This document shows positions 1-5,846 of a stretch of DNA of 5,846 bases, piece after piece. How positions within the stretch are numbered: position 1 is the first letter of the stretch; the number at the start of each line of letters is the position of its first letter. The notes beneath the pieces are model-generated. The model did no database searches, was not told where the DNA came from, and saw nothing but the letters and a program-made list of their open reading frames with translations. The translations under genes were made by a program, and so were the position numbers. Origin of the DNA: a virus (taxonomy: Duplodnaviria > Heunggongvirae > Uroviricota > Caudoviricetes); IMG/VR virus record IMGVR_UViG_2534681661_000011, positions 1 to 5,846 of that record; one strand, given 5' to 3'.

Positions 1-1
1 G

Positions 2-223
2 CTGGCGATTACCGGCTTTACTCCGAATGCCCTGCAACAGCGTGCTTCTCATTGCCTGTATACCATTGCCGAAGAACAAGCGACAAACAGTGCTTCAATC
101 TCTGCTTGTCACGCTCAGGGAATGTTAACGGATTTGCTGTTCATTGCGCTGATTCAGCAGGATCTGGAACTGGCACCAGAACGTATTCGTCATAGTGAAG
201 CGCTGGTGAAAAAACTGGTCTGA
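2..223 (+). CDS. yfhH: 3' end of a host transcriptional regulator gene (RpiR-like, SIS-domain C-terminus); partial, start lies upstream of the window
   Basis: Frame 2 is open from position 2 to a TGA at 221-223 and encodes ...LAITGFTPNALQQRASHCLYTIAEEQATNSASISACHAQGMLTDLLFIALIQQDLELAPERIRHSEALVKKLV*. Not in the ORF track because it has no in-window Met. Family and gene name are from memory: the tail resembles the C-terminus of SIS-domain regulators, and yfhH lies immediately upstream of yfhL in E. coli K-12. Not verified by search. Confidence 0.5.
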   Translation: MAITGFTPNALQQRASHCLYTIAEEQATNSASISACHAQGMLTDLLFIALIQQDLELAPERIRHSEALVKKLV

Positions 224-235
224 GTAAAGAATGCG

Positions 236-241
236 CGTATA
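236..241 (+). promoter_or_regulatory. Candidate -10 hexamer (TATAAT) of the native promoter of the downstream ferredoxin gene
   Basis: Perfect TATAAT at 236-241, about 38 nt upstream of the ATG at 279; a GAGAG Shine-Dalgarno-like motif sits 266-270. No convincing -35 element seen, so this is weak. Confidence 0.3.
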
Positions 242-278
242 ATGCCCGCCCGGTTTGTGTTGTTTTGAGAGTTTCCTT

Positions 279-335
279 ATGGCGTTGTTAATCACTAAAA
301 AATGCATCAATTGTGATATGTGTGAAATCAAATAA
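279..335 (+). pseudogene. yfhL: 5' fragment of a 4Fe-4S ferredoxin gene, truncated at the prophage junction (16 native codons, then 2 foreign codons and a stop)
   Basis: ATG at 279 encodes [16 protein letters not shown], which matches the N-terminus of E. coli YfhL as I recall it ([23 protein letters not shown]...). After codon 16 (gaa, 324-326) the sequence reads atc aaa taa instead of the expected Pro-Glu-Cys-Pro, so the gene is broken at about 326/327. Confidence 0.55.
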
Positions 336-523
336 AAACACATTTATTTTCATAGTGATACAGCAATGTGTTATTGAATGTGTTGTTGGATTTATGGTGC
401 AAAAAAATTTTGCATAAGTTCAGCAACACAAAGATCCCCCCCTTTTCTATAACGGTTCATTTGAGACTCCCCCTTGACTCCCTCTTCGAAATTGAAGACC
501 ATCACCTGTACATAATTACAGTC

Positions 524-802
524 ATGGATAATATTATGCGCAGAAAAGAGTCAAACGTTAGCAGTTTGCCGGAACTCACCAATTTTGAGGTAAGCTATTC
601 TCTGGTTACCAATGAAGTTTACTTGTCTGCATCCTTCACTGATAACATGGCCTGTATACCAAACTGGCCCTTACAAGAATTTCCGGATCAACTAATATGC
701 ATTTCTCGAGCAAAAGCTGTTGCCCTAATCGAAGAGCTCCAGAAGACCATCAACTATATGGATGCAGGAATAGTTCGAAGTTCAGGTAGCCTTCTCCAGT
801 AG
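524..802 (+). CDS. Hypothetical small protein (92 aa from the ATG at 524; alternative ATG at 536); may not be coding
   Basis: Sub-region of track ORF 368..802. The first 52 codons of that ORF run across a palindrome and poly-C tracts and look non-coding, so I start at the internal Met (MDNIMRRKESNV...). No good Shine-Dalgarno, several rare codons (aga, ata, cta, cga), no recognisable motif. Confidence 0.3.
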   Translation: MDNIMRRKESNVSSLPELTNFEVSYSLVTNEVYLSASFTDNMACIPNWPLQEFPDQLICISRAKAVALIEELQKTINYMDAGIVRSSGSLLQ

Positions 803-860
803 CTGACGAGTTTTATAATAATTTGATATATATATCGTTCAATATTAGCGAGTACTTATA

Positions 861-1508
861 ATGAGTGAATTTAGTAATCTTTTAAATAGCATACCTGGAT
901 GGTTATCCTCCTCCCTCACAGCTCTAGTTGGTACTCTTATTGGCGGATGGTTTACCCTAAAAGGAGTCACCCAACAAGCTAAGCTGTCTAAAGTAGAGAC
1001 AGAAAGAGAATCCCTTGAATTACAACTTTCAGTATTAAAAGGAGTTAAGGGAGAAGTTTTCACCCTAATCAATTTATATAATAAAAGGATGAAAACACAC
1101 ATTGATAATATAAAACCGGGACAAATGTTGATTCTCACATTCCCTGTAGGGGATGATAATTTCACATTCTATGAGCAAAATGCGAATGTCATTGCAAAAC
1201 TAAATGATTCTGCTAGAGACTCAATAATTAACATATACACATATTCACGCTCATTAATACAATCATTTAAAGGAAACAACAAACTCATTGAGGATTATGA
1301 AAAAATCCTTATTGGCATGGCAGACAATAACAAAGATAAAACCATGTATAAAAGATTACATGATGCAAAAATAAATGTAATGGTAGATTATGCTCAAGGG
1401 ATAAAAAATATTGATGCAGAGCTAAGAGATGCTGTCAATAAGGGATTCGACATTATCGACCAAGAAGTAAAGTCACTACAAATGAAATTAAACAAATTAG
1501 CTTCATAG
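861..1508 (+). CDS. Hypothetical membrane-anchored coiled-coil protein (215 aa); prophage cargo and candidate phage-exclusion or defence protein
   Basis: Clean ORF in a markedly AT-rich stretch compared with the flanking pin and tail genes (by inspection, not computed). One hydrophobic segment near the N-terminus (GWLSSSLTALVGTLIGGWFTL), then a charged Lys/Glu/Asn-rich region with heptad-like character. No catalytic motif recognised. Sits where e14 of E. coli K-12 carries mcrA. Confidence 0.7.
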   Translation: MSEFSNLLNSIPGWLSSSLTALVGTLIGGWFTLKGVTQQAKLSKVETERESLELQLSVLKGVKGEVFTLINLYNKRMKTHIDNIKPGQMLILTFPVGDDNFTFYEQNANVIAKLNDSARDSIINIYTYSRSLIQSFKGNNKLIEDYEKILIGMADNNKDKTMYKRLHDAKINVMVDYAQGIKNIDAELRDAVNKGFDIIDQEVKSLQMKLNKLAS

Positions 1509-1553
1509 AATGCTCCACTCCCTGTTCAATATTTTTACAAGCTTATCAGCCAG

Positions 1554-1586
1554 CCGTGGCACGTTCTTGCATACGACGTGCTACGG
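1554..1586. terminator. Stem-loop between the convergent cargo gene and pin; possible bidirectional terminator
   Basis: ccgtggcacg (1554-1563) pairs with cgtgctacgg (1577-1586), a 10-bp stem with one G-U wobble and a 13-nt loop, followed on the plus strand by tttcattta. Loop is long and the U-tract weak. Confidence 0.25.
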
Positions 1587-1588
1587 TT

Positions 1589-2143
1589 TCATTTATCTCC
1601 GACCGGAAACTTCTTATACAAAGTCGATACGCCAACATCATAAATGATCGCCACCTTCTGGCGAGGAACTCCTGATGCAATTAGTCGCCCGGCCTGCGCC
1701 CATTGTTCTGGTGTAAGTTTGGGACGACGTCCACCAATTCGTCCCTGTGCGCGAGCAGCTTCCAGTCCAGCTTTTGTTCGTTCAACAATCAGTTCTCGTT
1801 CCATTTCAGCCAGGGCACCCATCACATGAAAGAAAAAACGCCCCATCGGTGTGCTGGTATCAATTGAATCCGTCAGACTACGAAAGTTAATGCCTCGTTC
1901 GCGCAACCCCTCCACCAGCACGACAAGATGCCGCATACTGCGCCCCAGTCGGTCCAGCTTCCAGACAACCAGAGTGTCACCTGCCGATAATGTCCTAAGC
2001 AGTTTTTTCAGTCCCGGCCTTTCGGACTTTGTGCCGCTTATCTTGTCTTCAAAAATCAGCTCGCATCCTGCACAGTTCAGCGCATTACGTTGTAGATCTG
2101 TGTTCTGGTCATTTGTTGATACGCGTACATAGCCAATAAGCAT
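1589..2143 (-). CDS. pin: Serine-recombinase DNA invertase of the Pin/Gin/Cin/Hin family (184 aa)
   Basis: Encodes MLIGYVRVSTNDQNTDLQRNAL...GDTLVVWKLDRLGRS...MGRFFFHVMGALAEMERELIVERT...VSTLYKKFPVGDK, with the catalytic Ser in the VRVSTNDQ motif and a C-terminal HTH. I use the ATG at 2141-2143, which has an AGGGGGA Shine-Dalgarno 5-7 nt upstream, rather than the track's ATG at 2179, which adds 12 non-conserved residues. Confidence 0.95.
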   Translation of the reverse strand: MLIGYVRVSTNDQNTDLQRNALNCAGCELIFEDKISGTKSERPGLKKLLRTLSAGDTLVVWKLDRLGRSMRHLVVLVEGLRERGINFRSLTDSIDTSTPMGRFFFHVMGALAEMERELIVERTKAGLEAARAQGRIGGRRPKLTPEQWAQAGRLIASGVPRQKVAIIYDVGVSTLYKKFPVGDK

Positions 2144-2197
2144 GGTAGATCCCCCTGACAAAAGCAGGAATGATGCCATTTGCTCGTTATTTCTGCA

Positions 2198-2223
2198 TTT
2201 TCATAAACGTTGGTTTGGGAGAA
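2198..2223. other. Invertase crossover site, pin-proximal (26 bp)
   Basis: Plus strand ttttcataaacgttggtttgggagaa; its reverse complement ttctcccaaaccaacgtttatgaaaa shares the first 14 nt and the central AA with the site at 4123-4148 in inverted orientation. Matches the gix/cix/pix-type site architecture as I recall it. Confidence 0.8.
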
Positions 2224-2562
2224 GCGGCTAAAAGGAATGTAGGGACAGGGGCGAATCAGATACCTGATATGGGTAGCTTCACGCTTTCTGTTTCAGGTAC
2301 TGGATATCAAAAATTACCATCAGGTTTTATTCTTCAGTGGGGCTCAATCGGCGCACCAGGCATTGCACAGGATGTAGTAACCCATTTCCCGATTGCATTT
2401 CCAAACAGATGTCTGCGTGTTTTGGTCTCACAAGACTACACACCAGATAGCGGGGCTGTTGGTTATATTGCCTGTGCAGGTTTTAGTCCCGACCCGGTTA
2501 AATTTATATCCAGAGCCAGTACTCCTGGCCTCGGCGCTTCATTTTTAGCGTTAGGCTGTTAA
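2200..2562 (+). CDS. Silent alternative tail-fibre C-terminal segment (no start or promoter of its own); would be fused in-frame to the tail-fibre constant region after inversion
   Basis: Frame of track ORF 2170..2562. The coding part begins inside the crossover site: aac gtt ggt ttg gga gaa = NVGLGE, parallel to ENLGLGE in the expressed gene. Continues ...[29 protein letters not shown]..., which looks like a fibre tip domain. The leading MMPFARYF... of the track ORF is read-through of non-coding sequence. Confidence 0.65.
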   Translation, partial: FINVGLGEAAKRNVGTGANQIPDMGSFTLSVSGTGYQKLPSGFILQWGSIGAPGIAQDVVTHFPIAFPNRCLRVLVSQDYTPDSGAVGYIACAGFSPDPVKFISRASTPGLGASFLALGC

Positions 2563-2583
2563 TTTAGCTATATGGAGTGAAAA

Positions 2584-3024
2584 ATGAATTACATATATTC
2601 CGCGACTACAAACTCTTTCTATCCGCTGGAGATGAAAGAGGATTACACTCAAGCTGACTCATGGCCAGATGATGCTGTTGAAGTTGATGAGCAAGTGTAT
2701 ATTGAGTTTTCCGGATTACCGCCGAAAGGAAAAATCCGTATCGCTGGAGAAAATGGTTTTCCTGCATGGTCTGAAATTCCACCACCAACACATGAGGAAC
2801 AGATTGCTGCAGCCGAACTGGAAAAGCAGCAACTGATTAATCAGGCCAACGATTATATGAACAGTAAACAATGGCCTGGTAAAGCGGCTATTGGCCGGCT
2901 GAAAGGGGAGGAACTGGCGCAATATAATTTGTGGCTGGATTATCTGGACGCACTGGAACTGGTCGATACTTCCGGTGCGCCAGATATTGAATGGCCTACG
3001 CCTCCGGCAGTTCAGGCCAGATGA
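2584..3024 (+). CDS. Tail-fibre assembly protein (Tfa/U family, 146 aa), partner of the silent fibre variant
   Basis: GGAG 7 nt upstream of the ATG. C-terminus ...[27 protein letters not shown] is the conserved Tfa C-terminal motif. Lies directly downstream of the silent fibre segment inside the invertible region. Confidence 0.85.
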   Translation: MNYIYSATTNSFYPLEMKEDYTQADSWPDDAVEVDEQVYIEFSGLPPKGKIRIAGENGFPAWSEIPPPTHEEQIAAAELEKQQLINQANDYMNSKQWPGKAAIGRLKGEELAQYNLWLDYLDALELVDTSGAPDIEWPTPPAVQAR

Positions 3025-3601
3025 CATCCGGCGCGGTGCTGGTATCTGTTGCCGTCACCGCGTCAATGTAATCCAGCGCAGCGTTAAGTCGGGCGGTTTC
3101 TGCCTGCGTCAGATTCCGTCCGGCCTGCAATTTCAGCTGAATCAGACTAATGGAAGCCATTGCAGTATCAATCAGTGACTGACGCTGTGCTTCTGCCGCG
3201 CCTACTGCGGCGCTATGCTGTGCCACAGTATCTGTTACCCATTTCTCACCATCCCATTCATCGTATGGCGTTAACGGGGCGATAGTGGTTGTATTTTCAG
3301 GATAATCACCCGGAGCTGTGATTTCTTTCGATTCTCCTGTTTCGGTGCTATAGATGATTTCACCGCGATGGTCTGACACATATTCCCATGAGTTTAAATC
3401 TGCCGAACGGCAGATTGCATAACCAGCCTTATGTGTGCCAGGAGCATCTAAACAGGAATATGCAGGGATACCGACACCCACAGCAAGATATTCAGTTGAT
3501 GCAGAAATATACTCCCGTGTCTCACTGTCATAGTTATAAACGGTAATCTCTCCTGCCTTTGTGGCAATAAATTTACTATTCAAGATGGCGTTATACATCA
3601 T
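2996..3601 (-). CDS. Tail-fibre assembly protein (Tfa/U family, ~200 aa), partner of the currently expressed fibre
   Basis: Start ATG overlaps the stop of the upstream tail-fibre gene (ATGA, 3598-3601), consistent with translational coupling. C-terminus ...[30 protein letters not shown] is the conserved Tfa motif. Size and N-terminus ([11 protein letters not shown]...) resemble TfaE-type proteins from memory. Confidence 0.85.
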   Translation of the reverse strand: MMYNAILNSKFIATKAGEITVYNYDSETREYISASTEYLAVGVGIPAYSCLDAPGTHKAGYAICRSADLNSWEYVSDHRGEIIYSTETGESKEITAPGDYPENTTTIAPLTPYDEWDGEKWVTDTVAQHSAAVGAAEAQRQSLIDTAMASISLIQLKLQAGRNLTQAETARLNAALDYIDAVTATDTSTAPDVIWPELPEA

Positions 3602-4473
3602 GCAGCCCTCACAATGTAATTAAATGAAATATTACGTGGGCGTGTCTCTGCTGCACCGACAATACTGGTACTCAACCCCGTCGCTGTTCGTTTGTTATTT
3701 TTATTTCCTTCAATCAGACAGTTGTAATCATCATTACCAATTAACGAATTAGTGGCATCAATACCGTCCGGGGACAAGGCATTAGTTGTAGAACTTAAAG
3801 TCAGCATCTCGTCTGAACTTGGAAGATTTTTTAATGGTATTTCATTGCGAGAAATACCCGCGTAAAAAAAGGACTCATGCCTGTGCGCTTCAAAAGAGTC
3901 ATCCTGAAGACTTAGCAAGGCACGTCCCGCATCCACACCACGCCCGTCATCCCAGCCACGAATAAACTCACCACGTAAATCAGGCAATTTATTTGTCGGA
4001 TAAGCCTTTGCCAGTTCCGGGTATTCTTCAGCAGAAAAAGCGGCACCGTTGCATTTCAGCCAGCCTGTTGGCGGAGTGGCGGAAGGCCACGGAACAGGCA
4101 CGCCAACGGGTAATGCCGAACCTTCTCCCAAACCAAGGTTTTCGAGAGCCGTTTTCACCGTGCCATCCGATTTGATATCACCAAACGGATTCTTGCGGCT
4201 CAGGTATTCAACAGCAAACCCCGATCCCAGCAATTCAACAAAACCGGGCAGATCACCATTATCAAGCACATCCCGTTGCGTTTTGTCACTTACAAACTGG
4301 GCCAGAGCTGCAGCAATAAAGCTGGCCTGCCGAATAACCTTATTGACTTGCGCACTGGATGCTTTCCCTGCTGTAAATCCGGATAAAAGCGCAGGCAACG
4401 CTTCCCATTCCTCCTGCGACATAACATTGGCATTCCGATCAGTTGCAAACGCTTTAAAGTCATTTTTCGCCAT
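3598..4473 (-). CDS. Tail-fibre protein: constant N-terminal region (outside the invertible segment) fused to variable region A
   Basis: Encodes [27 protein letters not shown]... and ends ...[15 protein letters not shown], with a tail-collar-like region ([24 protein letters not shown]). I prefer the ATG at 4471-4473 (GGAG ~10 nt upstream; TGATG overlap with the upstream gene's stop) over the track start at 4491, which has its Shine-Dalgarno too close and overlaps the upstream gene by 19 nt. The crossover site at 4123-4148 lies in-frame inside the gene (..[10 protein letters not shown]..). Confidence 0.85.
   Translation of the reverse strand: MAKNDFKAFATDRNANVMSQEEWEALPALLSGFTAGKASSAQVNKVIRQASFIAAALAQFVSDKTQRDVLDNGDLPGFVELLGSGFAVEYLSRKNPFGDIKSDGTVKTALENLGLGEGSALPVGVPVPWPSATPPTGWLKCNGAAFSAEEYPELAKAYPTNKLPDLRGEFIRGWDDGRGVDAGRALLSLQDDSFEAHRHESFFYAGISRNEIPLKNLPSSDEMLTLSSTTNALSPDGIDATNSLIGNDDYNCLIEGNKNNKRTATGLSTSIVGAAETRPRNISFNYIVRAA
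4123..4148. other. Invertase crossover site, pin-distal (26 bp), inside the tail-fibre gene at the constant/variable boundary
   Basis: ttctcccaaaccaaggttttcgagag; inverted partner of 2198-2223 (14 of 14 identical in the inner half, same central AA). Confidence 0.8.
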
Positions 4474-5153
4474 CAGAGTAATACTCCCCATGCCCCTACA
4501 TCAAAACCACTGATGAATTCGTTATCCATATCAAAACCAAAAAATTTTGAACCTTCCGATGGAGTTTCCACCGAAGGTGTTTCAATGCCACCCGCCCAAA
4601 CCCCGGCGGCTTTTACTGTGAGATATCCCTGTTTAATTGCAGCAATTAACTCACGCGATACATCTGAAATATCAGTATCAGGAAAGAGCCAGACCGATAT
4701 CGTCATGTCCTGGTTATCGACTATCTGCATTCGCAGTCCGGATCCTGCTGTCGCCGCGTCAAGAATTGCTGGAAGCGAATCATTCCGTCCGTCCCAGTTA
4801 TTAATCGCAATCTTCGCTTTAAGGATGACACGATAAGTTTCATCGCTGAGGTACATGTATCCGGAATCAGGATCGTATGGCCCCTGCCATACACCCTGAT
4901 CATATCCAAGCCCGTCGGTATCCCAGCTGAAATAGACACCTGAGATAGGCTGGCTGACAACACGGCTACGTCCGATCCACAATCCAAGAATGTCAAGTTG
5001 CACACCAACCGCAGAGTCAATATCAAATGCAGTAATCAGCCCTCTGGTGGCAGCCGCAACATCAATAAGCGGCCGGGTCATCAGATCAACATGTGCAAGA
5101 AATTTAGGTTTGGTGGCGTGGTAGTTCGTGATCAGTTCGGTGTATTTGCTCAT
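4473..5153 (-). CDS. Phage tail/baseplate protein immediately upstream of the tail fibre (YmfQ / Mu gp48 / P2 gpI-like by position), 226 aa
   Basis: Complete ORF whose start overlaps the upstream gene's stop (ATGA at 5150-5153) and whose stop overlaps the tail-fibre start (TGATG at 4471-4475). Assignment is by gene order in Mu/e14-type tail modules; the family was not confirmed by sequence motif. Confidence 0.6.
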   Translation of the reverse strand: MSKYTELITNYHATKPKFLAHVDLMTRPLIDVAAATRGLITAFDIDSAVGVQLDILGLWIGRSRVVSQPISGVYFSWDTDGLGYDQGVWQGPYDPDSGYMYLSDETYRVILKAKIAINNWDGRNDSLPAILDAATAGSGLRMQIVDNQDMTISVWLFPDTDISDVSRELIAAIKQGYLTVKAAGVWAGGIETPSVETPSEGSKFFGFDMDNEFISGFDVGAWGVLL

Positions 5154-5452
5154 GACTCCACCGTTATAACGATATTTTCCGGTGTACAGGACGCAGATTC
5201 GTTGTATCTGATATCAATGTTTGATGACGACAAAGCCCCCGGGGATTTCCCAATCGTCAGTTCCTGAATATCGTAATAGCGTGCATTCCCGCCACTCACC
5301 ACGCCAAGATTCGCCGGTGAGTAAATGCGACTTAAAAGGACCGAATCACCAATCATCAGACTATTGATATAGTCGGAAATAGCCTGCTGGATCTGCTGCC
5401 CTATCTGTGAGGTATAACCCGTAAAAACTTTTAATTTAATCCGGGCATAAAC
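5150..5452 (-). pseudogene. 3' portion of the next upstream tail/baseplate gene (baseplate J-like by position), apparently cut off by the IS element
   Basis: Minus-strand frame ...VYARIKLKVFTGYTSQIGQQIQQAISDYINSLMIGDSVLLSRIYSPANLGVV...NIVITVES* is protein-like and coupled to the downstream gene. Only ~100 codons remain before the putative IS end at 5453; the frame stays open into the IS by chance until a stop at 5585-5587. Confidence 0.4.
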
Positions 5453-5846
5453 GTAAGCGTACAGCCTGAACCGTCTGGTCAGAATCTGACGAATTAGACA
5501 AAGTGGTGTCCACCAAATAAGTAGTGGGAACCAAAGTGTCAGATATGCAGAAAAATGTGACTCCCGGCAGGCGAAAAGGCAGCCCTAATTATCCTCCCGA
5601 ATTTAAACAGCAGCTCGTTGCTGCCTCCTGTGAACCCGGGATATCCATCTCAAAACTTGCTCTTGAAAATGGCATTAACGCCAATCTGTTGTTCAAATGG
5701 CGACAACAATGGCGCGAGGGAAAGCTGCTATTACCTTCTTCAGAGAGCCCCCAGCTACTTCCTGTGACTCTCGATGCAGCTGCCGAACAGCCAGAATCGC
5801 TCGCAGAGGACCCGAAAACCCTCAGTATCAGCTGTGAGGTAACGTT
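5453..5846 (+). mobile_element. Left end of an insertion sequence, probably IS66 family; continues beyond the window
   Basis: GTAAGCG at 5453-5459 matches the characteristic IS66-family terminus as I recall it, about 90 bp upstream of an HTH accessory gene. The exact boundary is uncertain without the other end. Confidence 0.5.
5545..5846 (+). CDS. IS-encoded HTH accessory/transposase protein (TnpA/OrfA-like), N-terminal part; open to the end of the window
   Basis: Encodes MQKNVTPGRRKGSPNYPPEFKQQLVAASCEPGISISKLALENGINANLLFKWRQQWREGKL..., the typical RR..S.EFK...V....G.S.........LL.KWR helix-turn-helix signature of IS3/IS66-type first ORFs. No stop within 100 codons. Confidence 0.6.
   Translation, partial: MQKNVTPGRRKGSPNYPPEFKQQLVAASCEPGISISKLALENGINANLLFKWRQQWREGKLLLPSSESPQLLPVTLDAAAEQPESLAEDPKTLSISCEVT

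Larger units (their letters stand above)
2211..4135. other. Invertible DNA segment (~1.9 kb, G/C/P-segment type) carrying two alternative tail-fibre C-terminal regions and two tail-fibre assembly genes
   Basis: Bounded by the two inverted 26-bp sites. The internal genes are in mirror arrangement (stf variable A and tfa on minus; stf variable B fragment and tfa on plus), and pin is adjacent. Confidence 0.75.
327..5846. mobile_element. Arm of an e14-like prophage (cargo, Pin invertase, invertible tail-fibre segment, tail/baseplate genes), continuing beyond the window and itself interrupted by an IS element
   Basis: Gene content and order mirror the e14 right arm (baseplate J-like, ymfQ-like, stf, tfa, tfa, stf', pin, cargo). 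The boundary is set by the break in the ferredoxin gene at ~327. No att repeat can be confirmed from a single junction. Confidence 0.7.

Noticed and set aside
1-335. Canonical e14 attachment site in icd
   Set aside because: The flanking host sequence does not resemble the C-terminus of isocitrate dehydrogenase; it reads as a regulator gene followed by a ferredoxin gene start, so this e14-like element sits at a different locus.
125-343. Minus-strand ORF of 72 aa
   Set aside because: Antisense to the 3' end of the host regulator gene and to the promoter and start of the ferredoxin gene; no ribosome-binding site and no recognisable motif. Most likely spurious.
368-523. N-terminal extension of track ORF 368..802
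   Set aside because: Reads across a perfect palindrome and poly-C tracts and has no ribosome-binding site; looks like non-coding leader. Only the part from 524 was kept, at low confidence.
845-1165. Minus-strand ORF of 106 aa
   Set aside because: Entirely antisense to the better-supported 215-aa gene; start would lie within that gene's promoter region.
1644-2132. Two plus-strand ORFs (61 and 93 aa) inside pin
   Set aside because: Antisense to a highly conserved invertase gene; Arg/Ser/Pro-rich translations typical of antisense reading of GC-rich coding sequence.
2143-2179. Longer pin start at 2179 as given in the ORF track
   Set aside because: Adds 12 residues ([12 protein letters not shown]) not found in invertase N-termini and lacks a ribosome-binding site; the ATG at 2143 has a strong AGGGGGA and begins the conserved MLIGYVRVS N-terminus.
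2606-3178. ORFs at 2606..2791 (-), 2716..3027 (-) and 2975..3178 (+)
   Set aside because: Each is antisense to one of the two tail-fibre assembly genes, which have conserved C-terminal motifs; no independent support.
3598-4491. Tail-fibre start at 4491 as given in the ORF track
   Set aside because: Would overlap the upstream gene by 19 nt with its Shine-Dalgarno only 1-2 nt from the ATG; the ATG at 4473 gives a 1-nt TGATG coupled overlap and a better-spaced GGAG. The 4491 start cannot be fully excluded.
3993-4513. Plus-strand ORFs of 60 and 154 aa inside the tail-fibre gene
   Set aside because: Antisense to the tail-fibre gene; low-complexity Pro/Ser/Ala/Arg-rich translations.
4513-5267. 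ORFs at 4513..4836 (+), 4721..5026 (-) and 4998..5267 (+)
   Set aside because: Overlap the 226-aa tail gene in other frames or on the opposite strand; the 226-aa frame is favoured by its coupled start and stop with neighbouring genes.
1-5846. CRISPR array, tRNA or rRNA genes
   Set aside because: No regularly spaced direct repeats and no tRNA-like or rRNA-like sequence noticed on either strand.

Overview
This window is the junction between host chromosome and one arm of an e14-like (Mu/P2-type tail module) prophage. All calls are from reading the sequence and ORF track by eye; no database search was run. Left to right: the 3' end of a host regulator gene (probably yfhH, 2..223); the first 16 codons of a ferredoxin gene that looks like yfhL (279..335), truncated where foreign DNA begins (~327); an AT-rich cargo region with a weak small ORF (524..802) and a 215-aa membrane-anchored coiled-coil protein of unknown function (861..1508); a Pin/Gin/Hin-family DNA invertase (1589..2143, minus); a ~1.9 kb invertible segment bounded by two inverted 26-bp crossover sites (2198..2223 and 4123..4148) carrying two alternative tail-fibre C-terminal regions and two convergent tail-fibre assembly genes; the tail-fibre gene itself (3598..4473, minus); a tail/baseplate gene (4473..5153, minus); a 3' fragment of the next upstream tail gene (5150..5452); and the left end of an IS66-family-like insertion sequence (from ~5453) with the start of its HTH accessory gene (5545..5846). 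The most interesting element is the AT-rich cargo between the invertase and the host junction, the position where e14 in E. coli K-12 carries the restriction gene mcrA. Here it holds an uncharacterised membrane protein that is a candidate anti-phage or superinfection-exclusion determinant.
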